Shown in pieces: positions 37,957-47,817 of a stretch of DNA of 64,000 bases. The translations under genes were made by a program, and so were the position numbers. Position 1 is the stretch's first letter. The number at the start of each line of letters is the position of its first letter. The notes below the pieces were generated by a model. That model made no database searches and had not been told where the DNA came from. It saw only the letters and a list, made by a program, of their open reading frames with translations. The DNA is from Nitrososphaerales archaeon (GTDB lineage: Archaea; Thermoproteota; Nitrososphaeria; Nitrososphaerales; JACPRH01). The stretch is taken from NCBI GenBank assembly GCA_030745655.1, contig JASLOE010000001.1, positions 5,351-69,350 of the forward strand, read 5' to 3'.

Positions 37957-38889
37957 TTGTCTGATTATGCTATAGAGACTACTGACTTGATAAAAAAATA
38001 CGGTAGTCGTGTAGCTGTAAATCAGTTAAATTTGAAGGTGAAAGTAGGCGAAATTCATGGTTTCCTTGGACCCAACGGAGCAGGAAAAAGCACCACAATA
38101 AAGATGCTCGTGGGTTTATTAAAACCAACATCAGGATCCATTAAAATTTTTGAACAAGATGCCGCAGGAGATAAACCTCATATTCGCCAAAGAATGGGTT
38201 ATTTATCAGAACTTCCAAGTTATCCACAGCACTTGAGTGGAAATGAGCTCCTAGATGTTTATGGTCGTATGTATGGGATGTCAAAAGAATCAAGAAAACA
38301 AAGAATTCCAGAGTTAATAGAGAAGGTCGGTCTTGAGGGAAGAGGAAAAGATAGAATTGGTGGATATAGTAAGGGAATGCAGCAAAGAATCGGACTGGCT
38401 CAAGCAATGATAAATGATCCTGAAATGCTAATCTTGGATGAGCCAAGCATCGGACTGGATCCTGTAGGCATGGTGGAGATGAGGAAACTTATAAAGGGAA
38501 TAGCAAAGAGGGGTACTACAATATTTTTTTCTTCTCATCTCTTATCTGAAGTTACTCAGATATGTGATCGCATTACAATAATGAATAAAGGGATAACTGT
38601 TGCCTCAGGTTCTCTTAATGAAATTTCTGCATTGTCAAAGAACAGAAGAATAGTTGTTGAAGTGGATAAGGTGAATAATAAAATCTTACAATCGCTACAG
38701 AATCTTAAATTGGCAAAAGTTGAGATGAAAGGAAAGACATACACGATACATCTTGATCAAAATAAAAAAGATGCAAGACCTATTGTTTCTCAAGCTATTA
38801 CTAAGTCAGGCGGAGTGATAGTGGAAATGCATGAGGAAGGTAAGGGATTGGAGGATACTTTTCTAGATTTGTTGAAGGTGGAATCTTAG
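37957..38889 (+). CDS. ABC transporter ATP-binding protein (ABC-2/DrrA-like)
   Basis: Walker A GPNGAGKST, signature YSKGMQQR and Walker B LILDEPSIGLD. A TTG start is inferred. Confidence 0.9.
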   Translation: MSDYAIETTDLIKKYGSRVAVNQLNLKVKVGEIHGFLGPNGAGKSTTIKMLVGLLKPTSGSIKIFEQDAAGDKPHIRQRMGYLSELPSYPQHLSGNELLDVYGRMYGMSKESRKQRIPELIEKVGLEGRGKDRIGGYSKGMQQRIGLAQAMINDPEMLILDEPSIGLDPVGMVEMRKLIKGIAKRGTTIFFSSHLLSEVTQICDRITIMNKGITVASGSLNEISALSKNRRIVVEVDKVNNKILQSLQNLKLAKVEMKGKTYTIHLDQNKKDARPIVSQAITKSGGVIVEMHEEGKGLEDTFLDLLKVES

Positions 38890-38891
38890 AT

Positions 38892-39836
38892 TTGACAGAA
38901 AAACAACAGGGAAGTTGGACAGGACGATTTATGGCTATATTGTATTATGAGCTATTATGGAATCTCAGAAAGAAGAAGATGGTGGGTGTTCTTATCCTTG
39001 CATTTCTGATTGTTACCCTTATTGCTGTTGTCCCTTGGTTAATAGCAGAATACACGAATGCTCCTTTTGATAAGGATCCATTGTTTGTTATTGATAATGT
39101 TTCTACAATGGCAGGGGGTTTTACGATGTTTCTTTTTGCAGTTGCTGTAGGTATGAATATGGTTTCTGGAGAATTTGAGAGTCAGACAATAATTCCTTTG
39201 TTAACTAAACCTGTTTCAAGAAACTTGGTTATTTTAGCCAAGATTGTAGCTGGACTAATAACGGTAGTTGCTGCTTACATATTCCTAGCTGGTTATATAA
39301 TAACCGCTGGATTTCTCATCTATGGACCACAAGAATTGTTGCACCTCTTGCCATTGGGTTTCTCAGGTGCAGTTGTTGCGACATTTATTTGGTTATCATT
39401 AGCAGTATTTTTCAGCTCAGTATTCAAGAGCTCCAACATTGCAGTTATGGGTTCATTAGGCACATTTATTGGGCTTATAATGGTCGGAACCATTCTTGCG
39501 TCATTCGGTCAGCCATTGATACTTCTGTATACACCTGGAGATGGAGCAGTCGGTATAAGCGGAGGTTGTGATTCACTTTCTGGAATGGGAGATGGAATAA
39601 GAACAGGAACAAATGAGTTAGGCAGACTCCTAGTTGAATGGGTTCAAGAACCGGATAGAATAATAGATATCTGTGGAATGAGTTTCATTAGTGATGGGCC
39701 TCCATCAGCAATACAATTATTATCGGATCCAATCTCAACTGTGGCGTTGCGAAGTTTAGCAGTGGGGTTAACGTATATGATAACATTTTTTGTGATTGGA
39801 TGGTTTGCATTTAGACGAGCACAAATAACCGATTAG
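38892..39836 (+). CDS. ABC-2 type transporter permease
   Basis: About 6 TM segments. It starts 2 nt after the ATPase gene. The start (TTG or a downstream ATG) is uncertain. Confidence 0.7.
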   Translation: MTEKQQGSWTGRFMAILYYELLWNLRKKKMVGVLILAFLIVTLIAVVPWLIAEYTNAPFDKDPLFVIDNVSTMAGGFTMFLFAVAVGMNMVSGEFESQTIIPLLTKPVSRNLVILAKIVAGLITVVAAYIFLAGYIITAGFLIYGPQELLHLLPLGFSGAVVATFIWLSLAVFFSSVFKSSNIAVMGSLGTFIGLIMVGTILASFGQPLILLYTPGDGAVGISGGCDSLSGMGDGIRTGTNELGRLLVEWVQEPDRIIDICGMSFISDGPPSAIQLLSDPISTVALRSLAVGLTYMITFFVIGWFAFRRAQITD

Positions 39837-39937
39837 AGATAACTGTTCTAACTTCTGAATAAATGTTCTAAACGTTGACATGATATATTGCATAATCCCA
39901 TTAGGCTGTTGAAGTAAAATAGAGTAATGAAAATCTG

Positions 39938-40852
39938 TTAGACACCAATTACAAATTTAGCTAACTTTTGCTCATCATCTTCTGTCCTCATCATAATATC
40001 TGTAACAGAAACTTTAACACCTATTTTTTCAATATCAGTTATCATTGCTTTATCATTCTCATCTATTATCATTTTACTAACAAAGCTAGAATAAAGTTCA
40101 GTAATGCCTTTCGGTGAAACATCAACTCCAATGCTCCGTAGAAACTTATCTGCAGGCCCACTCACAGAATTATCACATATTATAGGACTAATTGCAACAA
40201 CACGATCACGGGCACGTATCAATGCTTCTTTTATCCCCAAAATATGAGTCATGGGACATATACTTGAAACGGGATTAGCAGGGCAAATAATCACTTTCTC
40301 AGCCTCAAGTATGGTATTCACTACATTGGGTGCAGGTTGAGATTTCTTGGAACCTACATATTTTACTCCAATTACATCAGGTTTTCCTTTCAGCTTAACC
40401 CAGAATTCTTGAAGATGCATTTCCCCTTGAGGAGTATCTATTAGAGTCTCAACATGATCGTTAGAGGCAGGCAATACCGTCTGAGCAATATCCATTCTTT
40501 TTGCTATAACATTAGTAGCTTCAGATAAAGTCCATCCTGCATTAAGCAAATTAGTTCGTACAAGATGCAAAGCAAGATCCTTATCACCTAATTTAAACCA
40601 ATCATCAGATCCATACTTCGATACCTGATGCAGAAAATTATAGGTATCATTCTTAATGCCCCATCCCTGACCAGAATTAAGTTGGTCTGACAATGTGTAT
40701 AGAATGGTGTCGATATCAGGACAAATATGGAGTCCATGTAATTTTATATTATCTCCAACATTTACAATAATAGTAATATTGTCAGTCACAGTTTTGACAA
40801 GACCACGAACAAGTTTAGCTGACCCTGTCCCACCAGCTAGAACAGCTAACAT
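39938..40852 (-). CDS. cofD: LPPG:FO 2-phospho-L-lactate transferase (F420 biosynthesis)
   Basis: N-terminal LAGGTGSAKLVRGL; CofD/YvcK-family length and pattern. Confidence 0.9.
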   Translation of the reverse strand: MLAVLAGGTGSAKLVRGLVKTVTDNITIIVNVGDNIKLHGLHICPDIDTILYTLSDQLNSGQGWGIKNDTYNFLHQVSKYGSDDWFKLGDKDLALHLVRTNLLNAGWTLSEATNVIAKRMDIAQTVLPASNDHVETLIDTPQGEMHLQEFWVKLKGKPDVIGVKYVGSKKSQPAPNVVNTILEAEKVIICPANPVSSICPMTHILGIKEALIRARDRVVAISPIICDNSVSGPADKFLRSIGVDVSPKGITELYSSFVSKMIIDENDKAMITDIEKIGVKVSVTDIMMRTEDDEQKLAKFVIGV

Positions 40853-40871
40853 TCTTTATTTCACCAAAAAA

Positions 40872-41642
40872 TTATCTGAACAGATCTCTTGAGACCTTTC
40901 TTACCAATTTACGGGCAGAACCCTTGCCTGGCTCATATTTGTAACCTCTAACAACTACGACAGGTATCTTGTTCAATTTCCCCATGACTAATTCAGATGC
41001 AGAAGCTATTTCATCAGCTACAGCCATATTGGTAGCACTCAATGCATTACCATAGGTATCATTAGAACCCACATAGGAGAACAGTGGAATAATACCAGCA
41101 ACTCCAATTGCAATATTGATTTGACCTTCACGCCAAGGCCGTCCAAAAGTATCAGTAATTATCACAGCAACATCAACATTTGCTTTTGATTTCAAAGTTT
41201 GTTTTATACGCCTAGCAGATTTATCGGAATTCTTGGGAAGAAGAACCAAAGTTCCAGGTTCAATATTTGAGGCATCAATCCCTCCATTTGCACACACAAA
41301 ACCTTGACGTGTCTCAACTATTACTAGACCCTTTACCATTCGAACAATTCTTTTTGCTTCAGATAAAATAACTTCAACTTTCCTAGGGTCTAATCCAAGA
41401 ACTTTTGAAAATTTCAAAGCACTTACAGATGGTTCAACATCTTCAAGATGAACAATCCGTCCTTCAGCTTTTGATACTATTTTTGAGGTTATTGCAATTA
41501 TATCTCCATCTGCAAGAACAGCCCCTTGCTTTGAGGCTGCTTTAATGATAATATCCGCAATATCATCTCCATTCTTTACGGTAGGTATTCCCTCTAAACC
41601 AGTAATAATAATTTGATTCACTTTCACAACAATCTCTTTCAA
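40872..41642 (-). CDS. cofE: Coenzyme F420-0:L-glutamate ligase
   Basis: ITSKIVSKAEGR, CANGGIDASN and ITDTFGRPWREGQ. Confidence 0.85.
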   Translation of the reverse strand: MKEIVVKVNQIIITGLEGIPTVKNGDDIADIIIKAASKQGAVLADGDIIAITSKIVSKAEGRIVHLEDVEPSVSALKFSKVLGLDPRKVEVILSEAKRIVRMVKGLVIVETRQGFVCANGGIDASNIEPGTLVLLPKNSDKSARRIKQTLKSKANVDVAVIITDTFGRPWREGQINIAIGVAGIIPLFSYVGSNDTYGNALSATNMAVADEIASASELVMGKLNKIPVVVVRGYKYEPGKGSARKLVRKVSRDLFR

Positions 41643-41745
41643 GTTTCACTCAAGTTAGTGATATGAACCTATTTCTATAATTACAGTATATGCTATCAGT
41701 ATATTTTCACGCATGATAGTTCACATTTTCAATAACATTAGAATA

Positions 41746-42981
41746 TCATGTAGGACAAAATGGATCTTGAACAGGAGCTAATGCACTTGATTCCTTAGTA
41801 TTCTTAATAGCTTTTTCCGCCAAAAGATTACCTAGTTCTATAGCACTTTCAATATTGTTTGCAGTGGGTGAACCTTGAGATTTTACAAATGATCCAATTA
41901 CTTCTGATCCAAGCTCCTTTATTTTATTTTGAAGCTGATACAAAGGTCCGCCTCCCCAAGTATAATCACCAAAAAGTCCGAATACTCGCTGCCTTATCCT
42001 TTTCACTTTAATCAACTCCAACAAATTTGTTATAGGAGGAAATATGTAGCAATCATACACTGGACTTCCTACAGCTATAGCAGGAGCTTTCCATAACTCA
42101 GTTAAGATTTCACTCGGATCATCATAAGTTGCATTGAATAAAGCAACTTTGACACCTTTATCCTTCACACCATCAGATACAGCTTCAGCTAAAACCTTTG
42201 TGTTACCATACATTGAACCATATAAAATAACAACCTTCTCTTCAAATTTACCAGAACATAAATCAGCATACAATTTTGTAATAAAAGAGGGGTCATTTCT
42301 ATAAATTAAACCATGACTAGGGGCAATTACTCTACAAGGTTTTTGAAGATCGCCTAATTTCTTCAATGCCGAATTTATGGAACCATAATATGGTGAAAGT
42401 ATTGAAGTAAAATATCGTTTGGCAGAATAAATAGAATCTTTGCCTATTTTATCATCAAATATCTCATCACCAATAGAATCAAATGCACCAAAAAGATCAC
42501 CAGAAAACAAGATATCATCATCTCCCAAGAAAGTACACATGGTTTCGGGCCAATGAATACATGGAGTCATAATAAACTTCAGAGTTTTTCCACCAAGATC
42601 TACCTTATCACCATCATCTACAGAGATATCGTTAAACGGAACCTGATGATAATACTTAACAAAGTCGATTCCCATCTTTGAACTAATAACAGAGGCTTTT
42701 GATGCAATAGACAGAATTTTTGAAAGCGAACCTGCATGATCTGGCTCTACATGATTAATAACAATATAATCAATATCTTCAGGGTCAATCAACCGTTTGA
42801 GATTCTCAATATATTCATCAAAATAATTGTCATTAACAGTATCGATTAATGTCTTCTTTTTTTCTCCTAAGACAAGATAAGAATTCAGACTAACTCCTTT
42901 TGGAATACTCCATAAAGATTCAAAGAATTTACTCTCAGTATCATTAACTCCTACCCAATGTACGTCTGGAGAAATCTCCAT
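41746..42981 (-). CDS. fprA: Flavodiiron protein (FprA-type; metallo-beta-lactamase plus flavodoxin domains)
   Basis: Di-iron ligand motif INHVEPDHAGS and a C-terminal flavodoxin-like VVILYGSMYGNT. I chose the ATG at 42981 over the TTG at 42996. Confidence 0.85.
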   Translation of the reverse strand: MEISPDVHWVGVNDTESKFFESLWSIPKGVSLNSYLVLGEKKKTLIDTVNDNYFDEYIENLKRLIDPEDIDYIVINHVEPDHAGSLSKILSIASKASVISSKMGIDFVKYYHQVPFNDISVDDGDKVDLGGKTLKFIMTPCIHWPETMCTFLGDDDILFSGDLFGAFDSIGDEIFDDKIGKDSIYSAKRYFTSILSPYYGSINSALKKLGDLQKPCRVIAPSHGLIYRNDPSFITKLYADLCSGKFEEKVVILYGSMYGNTKVLAEAVSDGVKDKGVKVALFNATYDDPSEILTELWKAPAIAVGSPVYDCYIFPPITNLLELIKVKRIRQRVFGLFGDYTWGGGPLYQLQNKIKELGSEVIGSFVKSQGSPTANNIESAIELGNLLAEKAIKNTKESSALAPVQDPFCPT

Positions 42982-43265
42982 AAAATAAAGAGCCAAACCA
43001 TACTTTAATAAGAATTATGTAGAACGAGTAAAAACTATTCACTACATCAAGAAACGTAAGTCGTTTCATAACTTCTCCCAATCTCACCTGAAACCTTCAC
43101 AACATTTATGCTCATACAAACCATCCACGCATATTCAACTAAATAATATCCGCGGGTACCTTTTCTTGAAAAATAACACATTTAATCAGAGAAAATAATA
43201 TCTATGAAATATAAGCACAAGATATCTATTTATTATCTAGGTACCCAATAGTTAAGCGTTGCATA

Positions 43266-44435
43266 ATGGGAGGCTTTAATCCACCTCATAGACTTTTACT
43301 TGGAGCAGGACCAAGCAACATTCATCAACGTGTATTACAAGCTATGAGCTCATCTATAGTAGGACATCTAGACCCATATTTTCTTGAAGTTATGGATGAA
43401 ACAAAGAAACTAATATCTAAAGCATTCAAAACCCAAAACAAGTTTTCGCTCCCCATCTCTGGAACAGGAACCGCTGCAATGGAAGCATCGATATTAAACA
43501 TAGTTGAAGAAGGTGACGAAGTAGTTGTAGGTGTAAACGGTTTTTTTGCAAATAGAATGGAGGAGATGATACGAAGATGGGGTGGAAAAACCATACCAAT
43601 AAAGAAAAGATGGGGAGATATTATCACAAAAGAAGAAATAGAAAATGCCTTAAAGAATAGTAATGCTAAAATTGTGGCGCTAGTTCAAGCGGAAACATCT
43701 ACAGGTGCTTTACAGCCTCTTAAAGATATTGCGAAAATAACAAGGTCAAACGACGCCATTCTTCTTGTTGATGCAGTAACCTCATTTACAGGTGTTGATT
43801 TAGAGATAGATCGTTGGGGGATAGACATATGTTTCAGCAGTCCACAAAAATGCCTTAATTGTCCTCCAGGCGCATCTCCAATAACTGTAAATGAACGAGC
43901 ACTCAGAAAGATAAGAAATAGGAGAAAACCTGTTTCAAGTTTATACTTTGATTTTATGTTAATTGAACGATATTGGAGTGAACGCAGGATGTACCATCAT
44001 ACGGCACCAATTATCAATGTATATGGGCTTAGAGAAGCATTAGTTATTGCCCTTGAAGAAGGATTAGAATCAAGAATAGCAAAACATCTCAAGAACTCAA
44101 ATGCTCTAGTTGCAGGCGTGGAAGCTGCTGGATTTGAAATGAATACTGAAAAAAAATACACTTTACCAACTCTAAACGCAGTCAGAATACCAAAAGATGT
44201 CGATGATATGAGGATAAGACAAATAATCCTTGATACTTTCAACACAGAAATAGGGGCAGGACTAGGTGAACTTAAGAATCAAGTACTGAGAATAGGCTTA
44301 ATGGGAATAAACTCAAGTGAAAGAAATGTAATCTTCGCATTAGATGCGATAGAACGTGCATTTCGTATAGAAGGTCACCCAATTAAGAAAGGAGCAGCAA
44401 CAAATGCAGCCACAGAATACTTCAGTGCACACTAA
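43266..44435 (+). CDS. Class V aminotransferase (serine-pyruvate / alanine-glyoxylate aminotransferase-like)
   Basis: PISGTGTAAME, VDAVTSFTG and the PLP lysine region SSPQKCL. Confidence 0.85.
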   Translation: MGGFNPPHRLLLGAGPSNIHQRVLQAMSSSIVGHLDPYFLEVMDETKKLISKAFKTQNKFSLPISGTGTAAMEASILNIVEEGDEVVVGVNGFFANRMEEMIRRWGGKTIPIKKRWGDIITKEEIENALKNSNAKIVALVQAETSTGALQPLKDIAKITRSNDAILLVDAVTSFTGVDLEIDRWGIDICFSSPQKCLNCPPGASPITVNERALRKIRNRRKPVSSLYFDFMLIERYWSERRMYHHTAPIINVYGLREALVIALEEGLESRIAKHLKNSNALVAGVEAAGFEMNTEKKYTLPTLNAVRIPKDVDDMRIRQIILDTFNTEIGAGLGELKNQVLRIGLMGINSSERNVIFALDAIERAFRIEGHPIKKGAATNAATEYFSAH

Positions 44436-44687
44436 AATTAATAAAAACAAGTATTATAGTCAATAATTAGATTAAAAACTACACAGAACATATTATCTAT
44501 TTTTTTGTAATCAATTCTTTACTTTTTCATAGTTATCTATTTTCTCAGTATTAGAGGATGTGAAAGATAAAACAGTAATCCAGAGCAATAAATCTAAGCG
44601 GATAAATACCTGCTAATGATAATTTCTGTAAAAATTGTAGGAAAAAACAACAATATTATTAATGGTCTATTGAGATTGGTTTCTTGA

Positions 44688-44951
44688 ATGCCATATATCA
44701 ATAAAAAAGAACGAATCAAATATGAGAAAGGGCTTAAAGAAGTTCTAAGTATGTTGAATAAAGTTCCAGATGAGAATATCGATGGAGAACTTAACTACGT
44801 AATATCGATGATATTAAAAAGACTTTACAAACCAAGTTATTATAACTATAACAGAGCTATTGGAGTATTGGAATCGATCAAGCTGGAGTACTATAGACGA
44901 GAAGTTGCAGCTTATGAAAACAAAAAGATGAAGGAAAAAGGCGACATCTAA
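44688..44951 (+). CDS. Small conserved-looking helical protein, unknown function
   Basis: 87 aa with GELNYVISMILKRL..YNYNRAIGVLESIKLEYYRREVAAYENKKMKEKGD. I cannot name the family. Confidence 0.5.
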   Translation: MPYINKKERIKYEKGLKEVLSMLNKVPDENIDGELNYVISMILKRLYKPSYYNYNRAIGVLESIKLEYYRREVAAYENKKMKEKGDI

Positions 44952-45000
44952 TGTTCGTGAATCACATTTATAATATCTGAGAATAATATTTTTTCTTTTC

Positions 45001-45654
45001 TTAATACTTTTCATCTAAAATATCTTTAATTTTTCTAGCTTTTACTTTGCCTACTCCTTCTACCTTTATTAAATCCAAAAGATTTGCTTGAAAAATATTT
45101 CTAACGCTTCCAAAGTGGATAAGTAATCGTTCTGCAAGCTCTCCTCCAATGCTTGGCAAACTTGCGACAACATATACTTGCCAATCCTTTTGAGTCATCA
45201 ATTTGGGTTTATGGTGAATTGAAATTTTATCTTGTTTCTTCTTTTGAATTCTATTGGCTAGTGTATAAAGAAGATTTGCAGTATTAAGAAGGGATGGAGT
45301 ACAAAGGACTGGAATGCTCATATCTGATTGAATTTTCAATAAAGCTCCCCAGAAAGATCTTGGATTATTCATCAACACTAACTCCTCTTCAATTTCTCCT
45401 TCAAGGATAAGTATTGGTTTTTCGTAGGCTTCCCGAAGGCGATTAACCTGCTCAAAGACTCGACCACTGAAAACTGAATTGATAAAATCTTTTACAGTTT
45501 TCCGTTCTATTCCACACTCTGATGAAACAATGTAATCTCCCGGTGTAATTGTTCTTTTTTCTATGTCAATACCCAATTCCATAAGTAATGCAACAATAAG
45601 ATCTGGTTCACGACTGTCAACCACAATTTTCAAAGCCATATTTGAAGACTTCAT
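45001..45654 (-). CDS. xpf: XPF/ERCC4-type structure-specific endonuclease, short (helicase-less) form with C-terminal (HhH)2
   Basis: Nuclease motif VVDSRE...GDYIVSSECGIERKTVKDF and a C-terminal LPSIGGELAERLL..VEGVGKVKARKI. The ATG at 45654 forms an ATGA overlap with the PiT stop. The track's longer N-terminus overlaps PiT and was rejected. Confidence 0.85.
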   Translation of the reverse strand: MKSSNMALKIVVDSREPDLIVALLMELGIDIEKRTITPGDYIVSSECGIERKTVKDFINSVFSGRVFEQVNRLREAYEKPILILEGEIEEELVLMNNPRSFWGALLKIQSDMSIPVLCTPSLLNTANLLYTLANRIQKKKQDKISIHHKPKLMTQKDWQVYVVASLPSIGGELAERLLIHFGSVRNIFQANLLDLIKVEGVGKVKARKIKDILDEKY

Positions 45655-46661
45655 AGTGATAGTTGCATAAATGCCGAGAGTACATAGAATAATAGTGCAG
45701 CCATTCCGCTTGCCGCTGGTATAGTTATGATCCATGTCCACACAATTCGTCTAGCGAGTCCCCATCTTACTGCAGAAAGTCTTCGTGTTGCACCAACACC
45801 TATTATTGAACCAGCTATAACATGAGTAGTACTCACCGGTATACCAAAAAAGGTTGAGCCCATAATAACTGCTGCTCCTGCAGTTTCAGCACTAAAACCA
45901 TGCATAGGATCAAGTTTTGTTATTTTACCTCCCATTGTACGGATGATCCTCCAACCTCCAGATAAAGTTCCTAGTGCTATAGCTAGATGCGCCATCATCG
46001 CTACCCAAAATGGTACATAGAATTCAGATCCTAAGTAACCTGAACTAAATAGAAGCACTGCAACTATTCCCATAGTTTTTTGTGCATCATTGCCACCATG
46101 ACTTAGACTATATGCTGCAGCAGATAATAGCTGCAAACGTTTGAAATATCTGTTAGCGTATGTAGCATTGTGTTTTCTGAATATCTTGATAACTAATGTC
46201 ATAAGGATGAACGCGGCAATTGTTCCCAGTATAGGTGAAATAACTATGAATGCAAGAATAATCTCGATTTTTCCACGGAGAATGACTCCAAATCCGTTAC
46301 TAGCTATTGCAGCCCCAATAAGTCCACCAATAAGTGAGTGAGATGCACTAATTGGTAACCCAAACCACCAAGTAAATAGAACCCAAAATATAGCACCTAA
46401 TAATCCAGCAAGAACCATTAATGGAGAAATTGCAAGTGGGTCAACTATTCCTTTTCCTATTGTTGTAGCCACACCAGTTTCGAAAACAAAAAGTGCAACA
46501 AAATTAAAGAATGCAGCCATTGCGACTGCTTGTATAGGTGATAAAACTCGTGTTGAAACAACTGTTGCAATAGAGTTAGCCGCATCATCAAATCCATTGA
46601 AGAAGTCAAATAGAAATGCTACAGCTATTACAGTTATAGTGAATGGATCTAGAAACGCCAT
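45651..46661 (-). CDS. pit: Inorganic phosphate transporter, PiT family
   Basis: Duplicated signature NGFDDAANSIAT / HGGNDAQKTMG; about 10 TM. Confidence 0.9.
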   Translation of the reverse strand: MAFLDPFTITVIAVAFLFDFFNGFDDAANSIATVVSTRVLSPIQAVAMAAFFNFVALFVFETGVATTIGKGIVDPLAISPLMVLAGLLGAIFWVLFTWWFGLPISASHSLIGGLIGAAIASNGFGVILRGKIEIILAFIVISPILGTIAAFILMTLVIKIFRKHNATYANRYFKRLQLLSAAAYSLSHGGNDAQKTMGIVAVLLFSSGYLGSEFYVPFWVAMMAHLAIALGTLSGGWRIIRTMGGKITKLDPMHGFSAETAGAAVIMGSTFFGIPVSTTHVIAGSIIGVGATRRLSAVRWGLARRIVWTWIITIPAASGMAALLFYVLSAFMQLSL

Positions 46662-46731
46662 TTTTCTTCTTTTTCTCAGTAGCTTTTACATTTTTGGATT
46701 AATTCAACGATATTCTTCATCTAATCTTTTT

Positions 46732-47367
46732 CTAGGAATGTTTGAGAACTATAGCCCTAAGAAGATTACTTACGTCCTCACAAATATCAGTAATCTTCTC
46801 TAAGTCTTCATATAGTTCTTTATATTTAATTATCGTGATAATATTTTTTTGCTTGAAAAGATCCGCTACAGTTTTACTTAGAAGCTCATCTCCCTCATTT
46901 TCAAGAAAATGGACCTCTATGTTGTGCTGTTCAATTTTTTTCTGATTGAGATTACGCATATTACTGAAAGACTTGTTCAATGCTAATACTGACTTTAAGA
47001 TTATCTCTGAGAATGTTATCATCGAGTGTGGAATGTCTTCGATTCCATAAGCACAGAGTTTGTTTGCAATAGTGTATGTAAAATCTAGAATATCATCATA
47101 TAGACATGATAATACATTTATATCTTCTCTATCTATAGGTGTGATAAAAGTTTGAGACAGTCTATCTTGAATCTCATGTACCACATCATCTCCATTATGC
47201 TCTAAATCTTTAATGCCTTGCCGCTTTTGTTCTACATCTTTGTAGTTACACAATAAATCATGGAGTGAATTAGATCCTTCAAGAACGAGTTTTGATTGCT
47301 TTTCGAGCAATTCAAAGAAGACCTTATCTTGAGGGATTAGCCATTCTTTTAATCCCATTTTTTCCAC
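46732..47367 (-). CDS. PhoU-like DUF47 protein (PiT accessory/regulator)
   Basis: Helical 211-aa protein (EHNGDDVVHEI, ENEGDELL repeats) immediately upstream of pit. This is the classic pairing. Confidence 0.85.
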   Translation of the reverse strand: MEKMGLKEWLIPQDKVFFELLEKQSKLVLEGSNSLHDLLCNYKDVEQKRQGIKDLEHNGDDVVHEIQDRLSQTFITPIDREDINVLSCLYDDILDFTYTIANKLCAYGIEDIPHSMITFSEIILKSVLALNKSFSNMRNLNQKKIEQHNIEVHFLENEGDELLSKTVADLFKQKNIITIIKYKELYEDLEKITDICEDVSNLLRAIVLKHS

Positions 47368-47508
47368 TTCCTTGATAAATTAACCCTCGGGCTAATCGTC
47401 ATTATTTTATATCCTCAATCACGACTTGACTTCACCACTATTTATTCTTACATTTCTCAAGAATATCAAACATCTAGTTATAACCTCATTACTATCTGAT
47501 GGCTAATT

Positions 47509-47787
47509 TCAATAAACTATTTTGAATTCATTGAATTCTTGTTTAAATGGTAACATTACCACTTCTACAGAATCTACTTCTGCATTTGGTGGCCCTTTCT
47601 CACACCAATCCAAGAACTTATCCAACATTTCTTCGGTTCCTTCAGCTAAAATTTCGACGCTACTATCAGGAAGGTTCTTGACCCATCCTTTAATTTGTAA
47701 GGAATTTGCTTTATGTACCGTATTGGATCTGAAGAATACGCCTTGTACTATACCTGATACATAGATGTGTAACCTTTTTTCAGACAA
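47509..47787 (-). CDS. acyP: Acylphosphatase
   Basis: VSGIVQGVFFRSNT and GWVKNLPDSSVEILAEG. Confidence 0.9.
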   Translation of the reverse strand: MSEKRLHIYVSGIVQGVFFRSNTVHKANSLQIKGWVKNLPDSSVEILAEGTEEMLDKFLDWCEKGPPNAEVDSVEVVMLPFKQEFNEFKIVY

Positions 47788-47817
47788 TATCTTATTGTTA
47801 TGTTTGTAGCACGTTTC

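Noticed and set aside
45655-45741. N-terminal extension of the XPF ORF (MDMDHNYTSGKRNGC...).
   Set aside because: It overlaps the 3' end of pit in another frame. The conserved nuclease domain starts right after the Met at 45654 or 45639.
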